This document shows, one piece after another, positions 38,486-50,425 of a stretch of 64,000 nt of DNA. The notes below the pieces were generated by a model. The model was not told the origin of the DNA. It saw only the letters and a list, made by a program, of their open reading frames with translations, and did no database searches. Position 1 is the first letter of the stretch, and every line of letters starts with the position of its first letter. Source of the stretch: Ramazzottius varieornatus (Eukaryota; Animalia; Tardigrada); NCBI GenBank assembly GCA_001949185.1, contig BDGG01000003.1, positions 4,137,158-4,201,157 of the forward strand, given 5' to 3'. Position numbers and translations under genes: made by a program.

Positions 38486-40465
38486 TTAGAGTAGGCGAAG
38501 TATTTTGCCGATCTGATCGAGGACAGCCTTGTCGGAGAGGATTGTCATGTGAGTCACCCCACCAAACGGTAGAAAGGCCACATCTTCTTCCTGCTCGAAA
38601 TTCCACTGCTTCGGATACTCGAGACTCTTTCGGTTTACCGTCCCATCACCATCACCTAAAAACACCCACACATTGGAAGAATTACTTTGTGTTGTAAGAC
38701 AAAGGCCCGGCAGACAAGATGTTTTCCCAAGGGGCGCAAGCTTCCAGGCCATTACACCGGATACGTGCGCCACTTGAGAAACAACCTTGGCGCTTTTCTT
38801 TGCCGTGCTGCCAGATGTTTCCAGTGTGAGGGTTACCGTATATCACTTTCGGAGGCTTGTCCGGAAACTGTCCGCGACCGAAAACCATAGACTCTGGTGT
38901 GTCTATTCCAACGCCATACATGCAGTACATCTGAACATAAAGGCAAACCAAACTTAATGGCGGGATTACGAATGATGGACATCCAGTAACCGAAATCTTA
39001 TTGATCACCTTTACTCCGGGTGGACTCAGGTCCACAAGGTTGGCAGTCCTTTTCCACATTTCCCAGCCATCATCGTAGTTCATGTCATGGAACATGGCCT
39101 GCATATCGTGAATCGTATAGTTTCTCTCCGGTGTGGAAACCAGGGTCTCGTTATCCCCCCATAGTTCCGACTCCGGGTTGGGCATGATGAAGGTCAAGCT
39201 TGGATTGGTCCGCTGTTCCGCTCGGACACGGAAAGCACTGATAAGCGACACATCCAGATTGTCCCCTGTTCGACATTGCCTAGTTAGTTCCATGCAGTAA
39301 CATACAGTACAACAAAGTATCAGCAAAATAATCCCACCGGAAGTGGCTGCTTTGATGGCTTTAACGGCTCCCGCCCATGGCGCGGCCAGAGAGATAAAGC
39401 CGCTGATATACTTTTGCTTCCATTCCGCCGTCTGGTCTTGTAACAGATACAGTGCGATCAGGTTGCCCATGGAGTGGGCGATGAAGGTAACCGCCGTCTT
39501 GTTATTCATCTCGTAAGTTTCCTCCACCAGCTTCCTCAAGTTGCTGAAATAGTCACCGAGCTCATCTAAACACCAAGAACCATTACGCCATCACCACAAG
39601 GGTTTAATGTAAAATTGGTTGGCACTGTTCATGCACTTTGCTATTTACTAGGCGCTTTGCGGAAGTCATAGGGAGCTCCCCGGATGGATACATCCCGTTG
39701 ATACCCCTTGGCCACAAGGTACGCCGCGATATCGGCAAAGTATTTCGCTGCAATAAAGTTTCACATTGGAAAGAACAGCAGTTTCTACCAGAAGAACCGC
39801 TCATACTTACACAAGCTGATACGGCTTGTATCCAGGTATTCGACGCTGGTGCTGTCGAAAAAGAGAGCCCCAGTGCGTGGGGATGGAAAGCGGAAGAGGC
39901 GGAAGAGGCGAATCTTACCTGTTGCCGAAGCCTCGAACGCGAACTTCCACTCCCGGCGCGTCCTCCGATCGTCCCGTCTCGTTATTGTAGACCAACCTAT
40001 CACAAATACATGAATGGCTACATATCCTTCAATATTCAATTCAAGCGAGACTAACCGCATGTTGTCGACGAAGCAGTCCAGCACATAAGGCACCAACAAC
40101 TCTACATTCAACCACAGATCGAACCATCCTTTCGTCTTCTGCGCGCAGAAGTAGTGTACGACGCTGGGCTTGTTCAGTCTGGCTTCCAGCTGCGAGCCAC
40201 CATCACCTGGCACTGCGAGAGAGAAACTACATGGATGAAAGAAAACACAACCGTTTTCCTGCCCGTTACATACGACAATTATACGTTGCTTACGGAGTAT
40301 TACGGGAGAAAGTTGAACGTCGCTCGGTGGCTTGGCTGGCGTGCGTGTGGGCTTGATCCACGGCCACGGCGGGAGCTTAGGGGCTTTCGGCAAGGGATTC
40401 GGAATGAGGAGGGCACATGACGAAGCAGATATGGTTAGGACAACGAAGAGGATACAGCGCACCAT
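38486..40465 (-). CDS. PLA2G15: Lysosomal phospholipase A2 group XV / LCAT-like
   Basis: Signal peptide; VPGDGGSQLEARLNKP; GAPYDFRK; AHSMG nucleophile; GDGDGTVN; GVTH. Confidence 0.88.
38709..38804. repeat. Intronic palindrome family (PLA2G15 intron)
   Basis: caaggggcgcaa-N25-gtgcgccacttg. Confidence 0.88.
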
Positions 40466-41237
40466 GACGATCTTTGCACCTACACGAGTCTCGCTGGCCA
40501 ATCAAACAGATGTGTTTCCAATGAGATTAACCCTTTCCTGGGACGCCTCGTCACTGACATCGCTACCTCTTCATCATAACATAAACTCAAACAAAGGATC
40601 CGAATTTCTGAAAGATGAACGAAAAGGTACCGAAAAAACAAAAGAAGTTGGGAATTTTCAAACTGAAAATGTAGGAAAAGTTTGTTCGGTACAGGCAATC
40701 AAGAGTCCATTAGCCTCTCAATCAACCTATTATTCAGTATTAGAACAACGGAATTTTCCTACTAATCCAGTTGAAATTACACGCGTTTTAGGCGTGACCT
40801 CATCGCGAAAGGACGTCGTGCGTATCTTTCATCACATGCCACGCTATCTTATCTAAAGATTCCTCGATAACCATGCCTCATCATTGTTTGTCACAAGCCG
40901 GATTTTAACTGAAATCTCTGGAAATCAAAACCACCTAAACAAAATATGACAGATTTAATAAACAGTCTTACGGAAAGCACAGCTAGGCAGCTAGCTACAG
41001 GCAGAATGGAATGGATGGCGGACTTCCGTCTATCCGGAAAGAGGGATGGCGCCGGTACATGGGTGAAGTACCACATGAGATGAAAACAAAGCTGTCGGGG
41101 TGAAGGCTTTTCAATCGCAGAAAAAAGCTATCGGGTGACTGCTGCCCGAGTATTGGAAGTTTTCTGGCGCAAGTCCGTCGCAAACTCCGATCCTCGTCGT
41201 TCGGTCCTTGATGGCCAGAGACCAGGTACAGTACGCA

Positions 41238-43551
41238 CTACTTTCCATGCTTCTTCTTATTATGCTTGCTCTTTTTCTTGACTTCCTGACTCTGGGACCC
41301 TTCCACTCCTCCTGTCTGCTCTGCTGCTCCAGTTGACATGGTGGCACTTTCCGCCACTTCCGTGTGTTCACCTTCCTGGCTATCATCATGGTCATCGTCT
41401 CCATCGTTCTCTTCGGTTTGCGCCACTCCCGGCTCCTGCTCTTGCTCGAGTGCTTCAGTAAACGTGGTTTCAACTTCCGTCACTTCCGTGATGTCCGTAG
41501 CTGCGTCTCCGTTCTCATCCTTCTGTTCTTCGGTCCCCTCCTTTTCCTCAGTCTCTTGCGCGGCAGTCGAAGTGGTAAAGAAGCTGGTAATCTTATCCAT
41601 GGCCGAGTCCACCAGTCCCTTCCCTTGCTCCTCAGTCACCTCTGTGATCCCTTGCTCGGTTTCAGTGGTTGCTGCGTGAGGCAAGTGAGCAGAGATGAAA
41701 CCAGCGACCGTTCCAGCTGCTGCAGCCACCGACTCCACGATCCCTGCATGCTGCTCCTCCGGCACGTTCGTGGCAGTCACTTCCACTTCCGTCGTCTTCT
41801 CGGTAACCTCGCTGCTGCTGGTATCGGTGGTAGTCGCAGATGGCATATGGGCAGAAATGTAACCGGCGACGGCTCCTGCTGCAGCGGCCACTGTACCAGC
41901 TGCGGCGGACACTGATTCAACAATGCTAGTATGATGCTCTTCTGGAACATCTACGGTCTTTTCTGTTGTTTCGGTGGAATAGGTGGTATCGATGGTATCG
42001 ACAGTATCGGTGCTGTCTGCAGTCGTCGCACCTGGCAGGTGGGATGTGATGAACCCTGCGACTGCACCAGCCGCCGCGGTGACAGTGTCTACTGCGCGAC
42101 CGACAACGCCCTTGTCTTCTCCGGATTCTTCCTCCTTTTCATTGTCATCTTTTTGCTTGTCCAGGAATCCCGTTCCTGCTATAGCAAATTCCATGCCGGG
42201 TTTCTTGTCGCTTTCCTCCACTGCGAACCATAGAAAAATCAATATTTGTATCCCCAACTGGAAGACCGGAGCCGCAATAGAGTATCTTACTTTCGACGCC
42301 ATAGGCTAGTTTTGTGTAATCTTGGTTGGCTTCTGAAACACAACTCACATGACAGGTCTGCATCTGCAGCGATTTCATGCGATGTACGAATGCGTTCTTA
42401 TTGTATCTTACCCATGGGTGGTTCGCGAGCCGCGCCAAACTCTTCGACGAAAGTTCGTCGGCTTTTGATCTCGGTATTTTCCGGCAACATTTCTTCGTAC
42501 GTTCGATCCGTCCATTGATCTAGAAATAAGACCTGAGTTTTGACGAATCTGACGGGATCTAACTAGCTTGGTCAAATGACAGACTGCCAGTTTACGCAGT
42601 TGAGACTTACAGATCTCCGGTTGTTGGAGGTTTTGGCCACTTCGAGCCCGCTCCAGTTCAACACGTTCTGCTTCTCGCTTCAAGATATCGTCTACATGCA
42701 AACAGACGGTTATACAAGAAAGAATAGAGCACCAATTAAGTTCGGTTAAAAATGGAGGGACCGAACACTGGGACGTGGGAGAATGAACTGAACCAGATCG
42801 TCACCTCAAGTAGCGCATGCTTACATTAGTAGTGGCCAATAGCGTGCGCCACTTGGAAAACAAGCTTAATCAATCCATTTGCCGACACCCCCGAATTATT
42901 TGCTTTTAGACAAATTAATGGTTTTGGATTGTACCTTTCAAAGGCCTGTTCAAAGGCCTGGCTGCCTGTTCTGGCAGAATTGCGGCAATTGGTCCAGTGT
43001 CTCGAATCTGCAATCGGTCAAAAGCTTTATCGAATTTTTCCGATGTACTCAAAAAGAGATATCCTTGCCTGCTGCAGCAGCTCTGAATGGAGGTTAGTGG
43101 GTGATTCTTGAATTTCCGCCATTGTCTGGACATTATCACGCTTTACTTCATCGTTCAAGTATTCCCCAATACGTATTTCATTTTCCGTCCTGACACTCTT
43201 CATATTTCCCACCTTGACAAACTCCCCGACGGGTTCACTCGTCCGTGGAGGTTTATCAGCGGTGACCTCCTGTCCATACTCGCGCTGGACCAAAGGCGTC
43301 CCGGCGACGTCGTGAGCGGGTTTTTCCGCAGCGACGGAGGCATCCGTATGGAGGTGACAGTCGTGGTGCGTGAGAGGGTTCTCCAGGATGGGAGCATAGT
43401 GGAAACCGGGCGGAGTGTTGAGCTCGTTGAAGTCCCGTTCAGCAGGTGGGAAATTGGGTGGAATCGGGGCGTGGATTTCATCCAGATGGATACCCGTCGT
43501 CGTTGTTGTCACAGTTTTTGACTTGTCATGGTGCGAATGGTGGGACGACAT
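41238..43551 (-). CDS. Novel acidic, Thr/Glu-rich disordered protein with amphipathic repeats and a Lys-rich tail (~590 aa, 6 exons)
   Basis: ORFs 43551-43069 and ~42219-41238 can be joined in frame through four small exons. This needs a GC-AG first intron at 43068-43008. Confidence 0.65.
42777..42883. repeat. Intronic palindrome family (disordered-protein gene intron)
   Basis: caagtagcgcat-N25-gtgcgccacttg. Confidence 0.88.
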
Positions 43552-44074
43552 TTTCTTCGTCAGAGATATCTATAGTCAAACGGTCAAACCAATCGAAGAA
43601 AACAGTGGCAAAATCCACCAGATTACTGTTTGCGGCAGAGTACAACTCAAGTTTTTGATTTAGGCGACGAGGATTTCGAAATGCAGTAAACAATAACTTC
43701 GTCGGGTCGAGCAGAGCAAGACCCGCGCTCTCGCTGTAAAAATTTCTCGTGATGCCCCGGGGTGTAGACCGATCAACTTATCACATGCACGGTGGGTTCG
43801 TGGCGCTCGCGACCCTCACTCAACAGTGCTTCTTTATACCTTTCGGCCAATATCCCGGGGTCACGGAAAACCCATTCTTACATGCAAACTGTGATCATGA
43901 TCAGCAGTCAAAGACACAAATACCCCTTCGAGAAATTTCCCAAGCTGCCGCGTAAAAGCACAATGAAAATTGGGTAGAGTGATGATTGTTACTGTTTCGC
44001 GATAAAAATCCCTTTTGGTTTGAGGTGCCTCCATGTTCCATATCTTGCCACGCACAAGCTGATATGGGAGCACC

Positions 44075-44168
44075 GCATACAATCTCCTTGTTTTGAGTGA
44101 CACCCTTCCAACACTAACACTGAGAATGTGCGCCACCTGAGCTAATTTTCTCGTACGTTCTGTTTGCG
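44075..44168. repeat. Degenerate palindrome-family copy outside any CDS intron
   Basis: Right arm gtgcgccacctgag...tgtttgc; left arm decayed. Confidence 0.55.
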
Positions 44169-44434
44169 CAGGCTGCCCAGCTCCCGCATTTTCAAAACAG
44201 TAATTGGCCATCAGATCGCCCATCAGACCAGCACTCGAAAGGGCTGGCTGGCGTTGATTGTATGATTGAGTGCATTTCAGTCTAGTCTTTTTACTCGGTA
44301 GTTAGAACAAGGGCACTGCTCAAATTTTATTTTCTTTCCGGGTTGGGTTCTGAGGTGTCACTTTTCCTATCCTCAAAATTTCTTTCCCCTTGCGCTTTTG
44401 AAGCTGTGGAGTCATTCTGAACGCTGTGCAGAGT

Positions 44435-45562
44435 ATGGCCATGTCTTCCGGAAGTTACCCTCCAGTGAATGAGGAGTGGCTGGAAGACGACTGCGGGACG
44501 TTCGACTCGCCTCCGGACAGAGCCCCCAAGATGGTCGCCACCAAGGTGATTGTCAACTACCTACCATCCACCTACCGAGAGCGTGACCTCAGGTTCCTTT
44601 TCGACACCTACACCCGTCGGGGAATCAAGGACTGCCGAGTTGTCCTGGATCAAAGCAGTGGTAAGTAACGTAAGGTACTGTGATTGCTGTTCATAAGTCG
44701 AACAACCAGCCGACCAAAAGTCCGCCATGTTTTCCAGGCAATCTGAAGAGTTCAAGATTGAGAAAGACTGTGCAGGAAGTTCGCGACCGTCTTTCTCACT
44801 GTTAGATTGACTAACGTCTAACCAACGTACACTTTTTCTTCGCAGGTGAATCGTTGAGATATGGGTTCGTGGAGTTCGAAGATGCCGGAGAAGCCCAAAT
44901 GTCAGTCGATATGATCAACGGCTTAAATGCTCTAGGAAGTGTTTTACAAGTATGTTGAAATATTCTCTTCTTTTGAACAATGATTCTACATAACGCTGGA
45001 TGTTTCAAACTAATTTGTTGGCAGGTCGCTAGTGCTCTTCCTCAGTCCATTCATCCCAAAAGCACGACTCTCTTCATAAAGAACATTCCCGCTAACTGGC
45101 GCAGCAACGAGCTGGCTTGGTTCTTCTCAAAATTCGGCCCCGTTGTCACCAGCAAGGTTCTCTGTTACCCATTAACTGGTAAGCCATCGAGCAACATTAC
45201 AGGGAGCTGGGCAAACAAAACGTCCAAGATCGTCACCTCAAGTGGCGCACGTTTTCATAGTAAATGGTTGGAGCAGGGCGCCACTTGATGTGACGATCTT
45301 GGACGTTTTGTTTGTCCTGTTTCCATAATTATCACTTTAACGTTCGGTTTACTTGTCCGAACTGATTTTATTTGCAGGGGATAGCCGTCAAATCGGTTTC
45401 GTAGGCTTCCAAAACCGGGCGAATGCCGAACGGGCCATAGCGGTTACCCATAAGCGCGTCCCTTATCCGGGTAGGAAGGGTGTGGCTCAACAGGCACTGA
45501 TCGTAGAGTTCGCTCGAAGCAACCTGCCGAGCGGAAGTTACAGAAAGTCCTTCTTGCCGTAA
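44435..45562 (+). CDS. Sex-lethal/ELAV-like two-RRM RNA-binding protein (divergent)
   Basis: TKVIVNYLP..SLRYGFVEF (RRM1); TTLFIKNIP..SRQIGFVGF..LIVEFA (RRM2). There is no third RRM. Confidence 0.8.
45209..45317. repeat. Intronic palindrome family (Sxl-like intron)
   Basis: Arms are 38/40 reverse-complement identical although they differ from the consensus. Confidence 0.95.
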
Positions 45563-45978
45563 GTCGGTAGGAGCATTAAATTTCAAAGTATCAATATATT
45601 CATAGTAGAGAATGTGCAGCGAGTATTTGACGATACTTAGAGACGCTTCACGATCGCTTTAGTTTCACCAGTTTAGTTTTCACTATCTGTAGATTTCGAC
45701 TCACGAGCTTTCAACTGAAACCTGATAAAAAGCTGTTAGTACACTTCACTTTTTAATCCCTTTTTCCAACCAGAATTTTCAGTTAAACATTTTGATTTGC
45801 TCATTCAATACCATTTTGCTTCTCTGCTGGTACAGTTACCCATACGTTTCTCCGTATGTTCCGTTTTTCCATAGGCTATATAGCCATTCGACTTGCAGAG
45901 AAATACCCAAAAACTAATCATCCGTCTTAAAATGCCATTGGTCAAGTAAAACCCAAAAAACAGCAATGACGTTGCTTT

Positions 45979-48900
45979 CTACCTTGGCGCCGCTATCACT
46001 GCCCGAAACTTCGTTCTGTACATCGAGACACATCGCTTGAAGGCCGACTTGCTTCGCTGTTGGAACAACGAGGAAGTTAGATGGCGGAAAGCAGCTTGCT
46101 GCGAGACATCAGCGTCCGCCACCACCGAGAACCCTTCCTGCATCCAGGCATTGGTCTCCGGACGCATCTCGGTGAGCATTACGAACAAGCAGTCGGAACA
46201 CAACTTCACTCGGTGTTCGTCTGCTCGTTCGTCGCAGAAGATCTAGAGTAAGATGCAATACCGCAACTGCCATTACGGACTGTGAGGTTTTGAAGGGGTC
46301 TTACCGAAAGTATGGCGTGCACGAACTTCGATCCATATCCACTCTTCAGAAGGTGATGCATTGGGTTCGCGGGATTCGTTCCCAGTCCATCATCAGGTTT
46401 CATTGACTTCATTCTTATGAGCTCTTCGAAGAGTACGTTGCTCTGTACTTCTGCTTCGGAGTCTCTGCCTGCCGGCAAAAGGAGGACAAGTTTCAGCACT
46501 GAAAAGACCGGAAAGCAGTGAAGCAAAGTCAGCATCAGAAAAATGAATAAAATTAACTCGAGACGAAAAAATATCGACGAACCGAAATTCAAGAGCTGTT
46601 CCCACTTCACACTTGTCCGCAGTAAGGAATAGGCATTTCGTCGAACTATGGGATAGGCCATCAGGACGAAAGACCGATAGACTTCGGAGTACTCTGTCCA
46701 GTCCGGACGACTCGACAGGTCTATTACCATGTCGAACACATAGGTAAAAAGTTGACCGAACAATTCCAAGTGCGCATCTTCAGTAAGGTAGGAAGTCAAA
46801 ATCTGAAACAGACGGAAAAATGAAACTTCGGGAGCTCGTTAAACACACTCGTCAAGATTGGTTTCCCAGGTGGCGCAAGCTCTCGGTTCGTCACACTGTA
46901 AACGTGCGCCAACTGGAAAACAATCTGGTAGAGATTGTCAGCGGAGCTACCATAATTATTATCTGGACTGCATTGTTCTCGAACTATCAGAGTTCAAGGT
47001 AAACTCTTACCTCGCCAATCAGGCCAAATACTCCGGCGGAAGGATCACAGCAGAACATGTTCACGACGACCGGGACAACAACTACCAGAAGAGTACTGGC
47101 AGAGGTTCCACATCCATTTAGGATATCTTTGATCAGTAGCGCGCTACTTTCGTTGAGTTTCTTCGAAGAGGCATTCTGGATCGCCAACAAACCGAGCTCG
47201 TGGAGACCGTTGAGCACACCCGCACCCAGTTGCGCAGATGCTTCACGGACCAGCTCCCTATCGGGCGCGTCTGTGGCTACCGCTCGGAAAAACGTTCCTA
47301 AGACCTCCAAGACGGTAGACAGCTCCTGCGGCTATAAAAAAAACATTCCAAGTCAAACTCGGAAAACTTTAACCAAAATTTCTGACTGAACAATATCGGG
47401 GAAAACACCACCTGAAAACAATAACTGCGCGCTCTCTTCAAACGAAGTTCTTCAAGACGAGAATTTTACGAATCGTACAGATGTTCTCACCGTTTTTGCT
47501 GCGACGATCATGAAATGAAACGTTGCTGAGATCTTTCCGATTTCCATGACGGCCAGTTCGGCCGGTATCATCTTGATCACTGTAAGTATACGCAAACACT
47601 TGGTTATGTACCTTGGCTCATGCAGATGCAGAAAAAACGAGGGTTCAAACCTTTGGCTAGACACTGCAGCAGAGTTCGTCGAGTCTTGTCCGATATCGTC
47701 TTCGCCACTAGGGTAGGTAAGATAGCCTGCGACACCTCCGGGTAGAAGTGTTCATAGTGGCCAAGGTCTGCATCCAGTAGCACAGAAATGGCTCCAGCAC
47801 AAGCGATGATCAAAGACTTATCATTTCTTTTCAGGTGTAGGAGAGCTGCATCCATGAAGCGGTGAAGTATCTTCTTGTGTTCGTCACCGACCTCTTTCAA
47901 GACACCGATCCGCGCTTCTACGGCTTTGAAGACTTCGCATATGCACGTCGTATCACCTTGCGAGATGATTAACAGTAAACTCTGGAGGACGGTATAAAAG
48001 ACTGGGTCCTGTTCCGCTCTACTGCAGTACGAGAAGCGGAAGACCCAACAGATTGAGGCGAGATACTACAAGAACCATGAGACAGGTCAAATTTCCGTAT
48101 TCTCATCAATTGTAAGCTCAGTAAACAAACTCGACAAGATGGTTCTCCCAAGTGGCGCAGCTTCCCGAAGTCACTGGCTGAAAACGTGCGCCACCTGGAA
48201 AAAACGAAATTGACGAGTTTCCTTCTCCACGGGTGTCAGTAATTCCCCATCATTTCATATTTGGAACTTTAATAAGAATTTCCAGGTAATATAATACCGT
48301 GTTTCTTTGGGCTTCATCCGAAACAGCAAACGCTACGCTGAACTCGTGCTGAATCCAGCTATGTATTTCTTTGCCCACGGCAAGGGAAAGCGATTCGACA
48401 GCCGTCTGCACTTCCGTTAGAAACTCGCGGTAATCCTCTTTGTCCTGGTGAGTCCATGTCGAGGCTTCTTCCAGTGTACGTCTTTGCACCAGTCTAAGCA
48501 TAACACCGAAGAAAACTCTGAGATGTGGAAAGACTTGGGTTGTTTCTTGTTTATCCACTGCAGACATCTGCGCCATCAACGACTGAAAAGAGCTCACTGA
48601 TAAAATATTACAAAAAAAATATCGATATTGGATTTCTATTCGATACCTACTGCCAGCTCCGAGAACGCCATCACAGCATTCTTCACAAACGTTCCATTCT
48701 GCACCACATATTTCTCGAACTGTGGGAAGGGATGTGCGAGGAAACCCAACTGAGCAATGTAGTTCTTGGCGAACTCGACCGTGTTTGGGTTCTCACAGCT
48801 CGCGACAATGATGTCCGAGAACTCCAGTGCGAACGTCAGAAGCAACTGTGAAATCGAGTTGAAATAGCTGAGAACCTCAAGAACGGAACTCATACTTTCA

Positions 48901-49872
48901 GCTCGCTGCTTGATCGGTAAGTTAACAAGGGTTCGCAGTACTTCCGACAAGCTATTCTGCAGCAAGTGGACATCGGTCAGACTAAGGAGGGCGTTCAGCG
49001 CACGAATCGCTTCAGTCTGGACATCACCCCATGGCATTTGATGCCTCTCGGGACAATCCACGTACCTGTAACAATGAAAGTAGGGTCGTACGGTACTGTG
49101 AACCGGTAATTCGATCGTCGCATTAGCCTTACCGAGCTACTACGATCATAAGTTTACCCACTTCCGGTGGAGGAGTCGAGTTGTACTGGAGATCCTCTAT
49201 CCACGCAGTGACGAACTGGAAACACTGTGCCTGCCTCGCATCGAACACCAAAAGCTGTCGGAACAAGAGGTCCGTAAAGTACTTTGCTACAAGGTCGAAG
49301 GCTCCTTGAGAGTTGGTGGACCTGCCGACACCGAAGTCACGAAAGACGTAGAAAGTGTCCAATATGATCGAGCTTGGCGTGTTCGTTTGGAAGAAATCTG
49401 CATCGACGAAACGAGCCAGCTCAACGAACTTCTCTCTCCAGTTGATCGACGCACCCAGAAAATACCCTATGGCTGCCATCAGGTCCCGGCGGATCTTGGT
49501 ATGAGCAGCACTTCCGGTGTCGGAGTGGAAGTTAGTTCGTATAGCTGAGATGATCTGTCCGACTGCTTCGTCCTGGAGACTCTCTGCAGGAGTAGCCTGC
49601 AATGCCTGGATAAGGAGTGACGCGGCGAACTGATGAACCGCGATGTCTTTGGGGAGTTGAAGTAGGTTTAGAGCTGCCTGTACTGCGACAGGATGATGCT
49701 TTAAGTTGTTCAAGAACAGGTTGTCTTCGTTGGACGGGATCTTGCCGTGCGTGTAGATGTCGAGGACGAGTTGCTCTATTGTTGCCCCGAGGTCCGCTTG
49801 ATTCTGTGGCATAAGGAACGCCGAGGGGACAGCGTCCGTCATCACTTCAGTATCCACCTTGCCCACGCGCAT
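45979..49872 (-). CDS. Divergent importin-13/transportin-3-like karyopherin
   Basis: Long helical HEAT-like exons; N-terminal IBN-like segment (HQFAASLL); DKEDYREFLTEV resembles the IPO13/TNPO3 block. The start is approximate. Confidence 0.55.
46838..46942. repeat. Intronic palindrome family (importin-like intron)
   Basis: Full arms, 25-nt spacer. Confidence 0.9.
48121..48224. repeat. Intronic palindrome family (importin-like intron)
   Basis: Near-consensus left arm. Confidence 0.92.
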
Positions 49873-50425
49873 CGCGGAAGTCGATACTCGATTGTACCAA
49901 CAAAACCAGAACAAAGCCAGAAAACTAATGAATCTCAAAAAATTGAAAATGCCAAAAGATTTCGAGTTTTGGAACGCACTGCCTGCCAACGGTTTTCGTA
50001 ATCCCGACGACGTCAAAGTCATTGGTCCAGTTGATTCACGGCTGATTGATTTGCTTCAAAAGACTCTGACGGTCCGCCTTGCTCGATCTCGCTCATAATC
50101 ATATAAAGAGCCTACCGTTGGTAGGTGCTGGCGTGTCGAGTGCAGAGCAACCTGTTGCGTGCTTGGTCTACCACGCCTCACCTACTCTTAGGAATGTTTG
50201 CATCTTTCTCGCGAACGGAAGTCATTGTTTTGTTGTTCGTCGTCCAGGCTCCCTGGAATCAACGGCAGCATCAAGCATGAGTATGGGAATGGGGCAGCCG
50301 GGTGCGCTTCCTCGGAACTGAGATGATGTCGCGGATGTGAAGGCACCACTAAGTGAACCTGGGTCCTGGGAGACGGCGAGGCTCACGGTGGATTGTTCAA
50401 GCCGAGCCTTGCCCTTGAGCAAGCC

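Noticed and set aside
41338-42309. Long antisense ORFs here and over the serpin, NDUFV1 and DDX1
   Set aside because: They are shadow frames of real coding sequence with no independent protein features.
43027-43551. Assignment as a CAHS protein or Dsup, and the species as a tardigrade
   Set aside because: There is only a short motif resemblance. The CAHS coiled-coil motifs and the Dsup HMGN-like motif are not recognisable, and the taxon cannot be fixed without a search.
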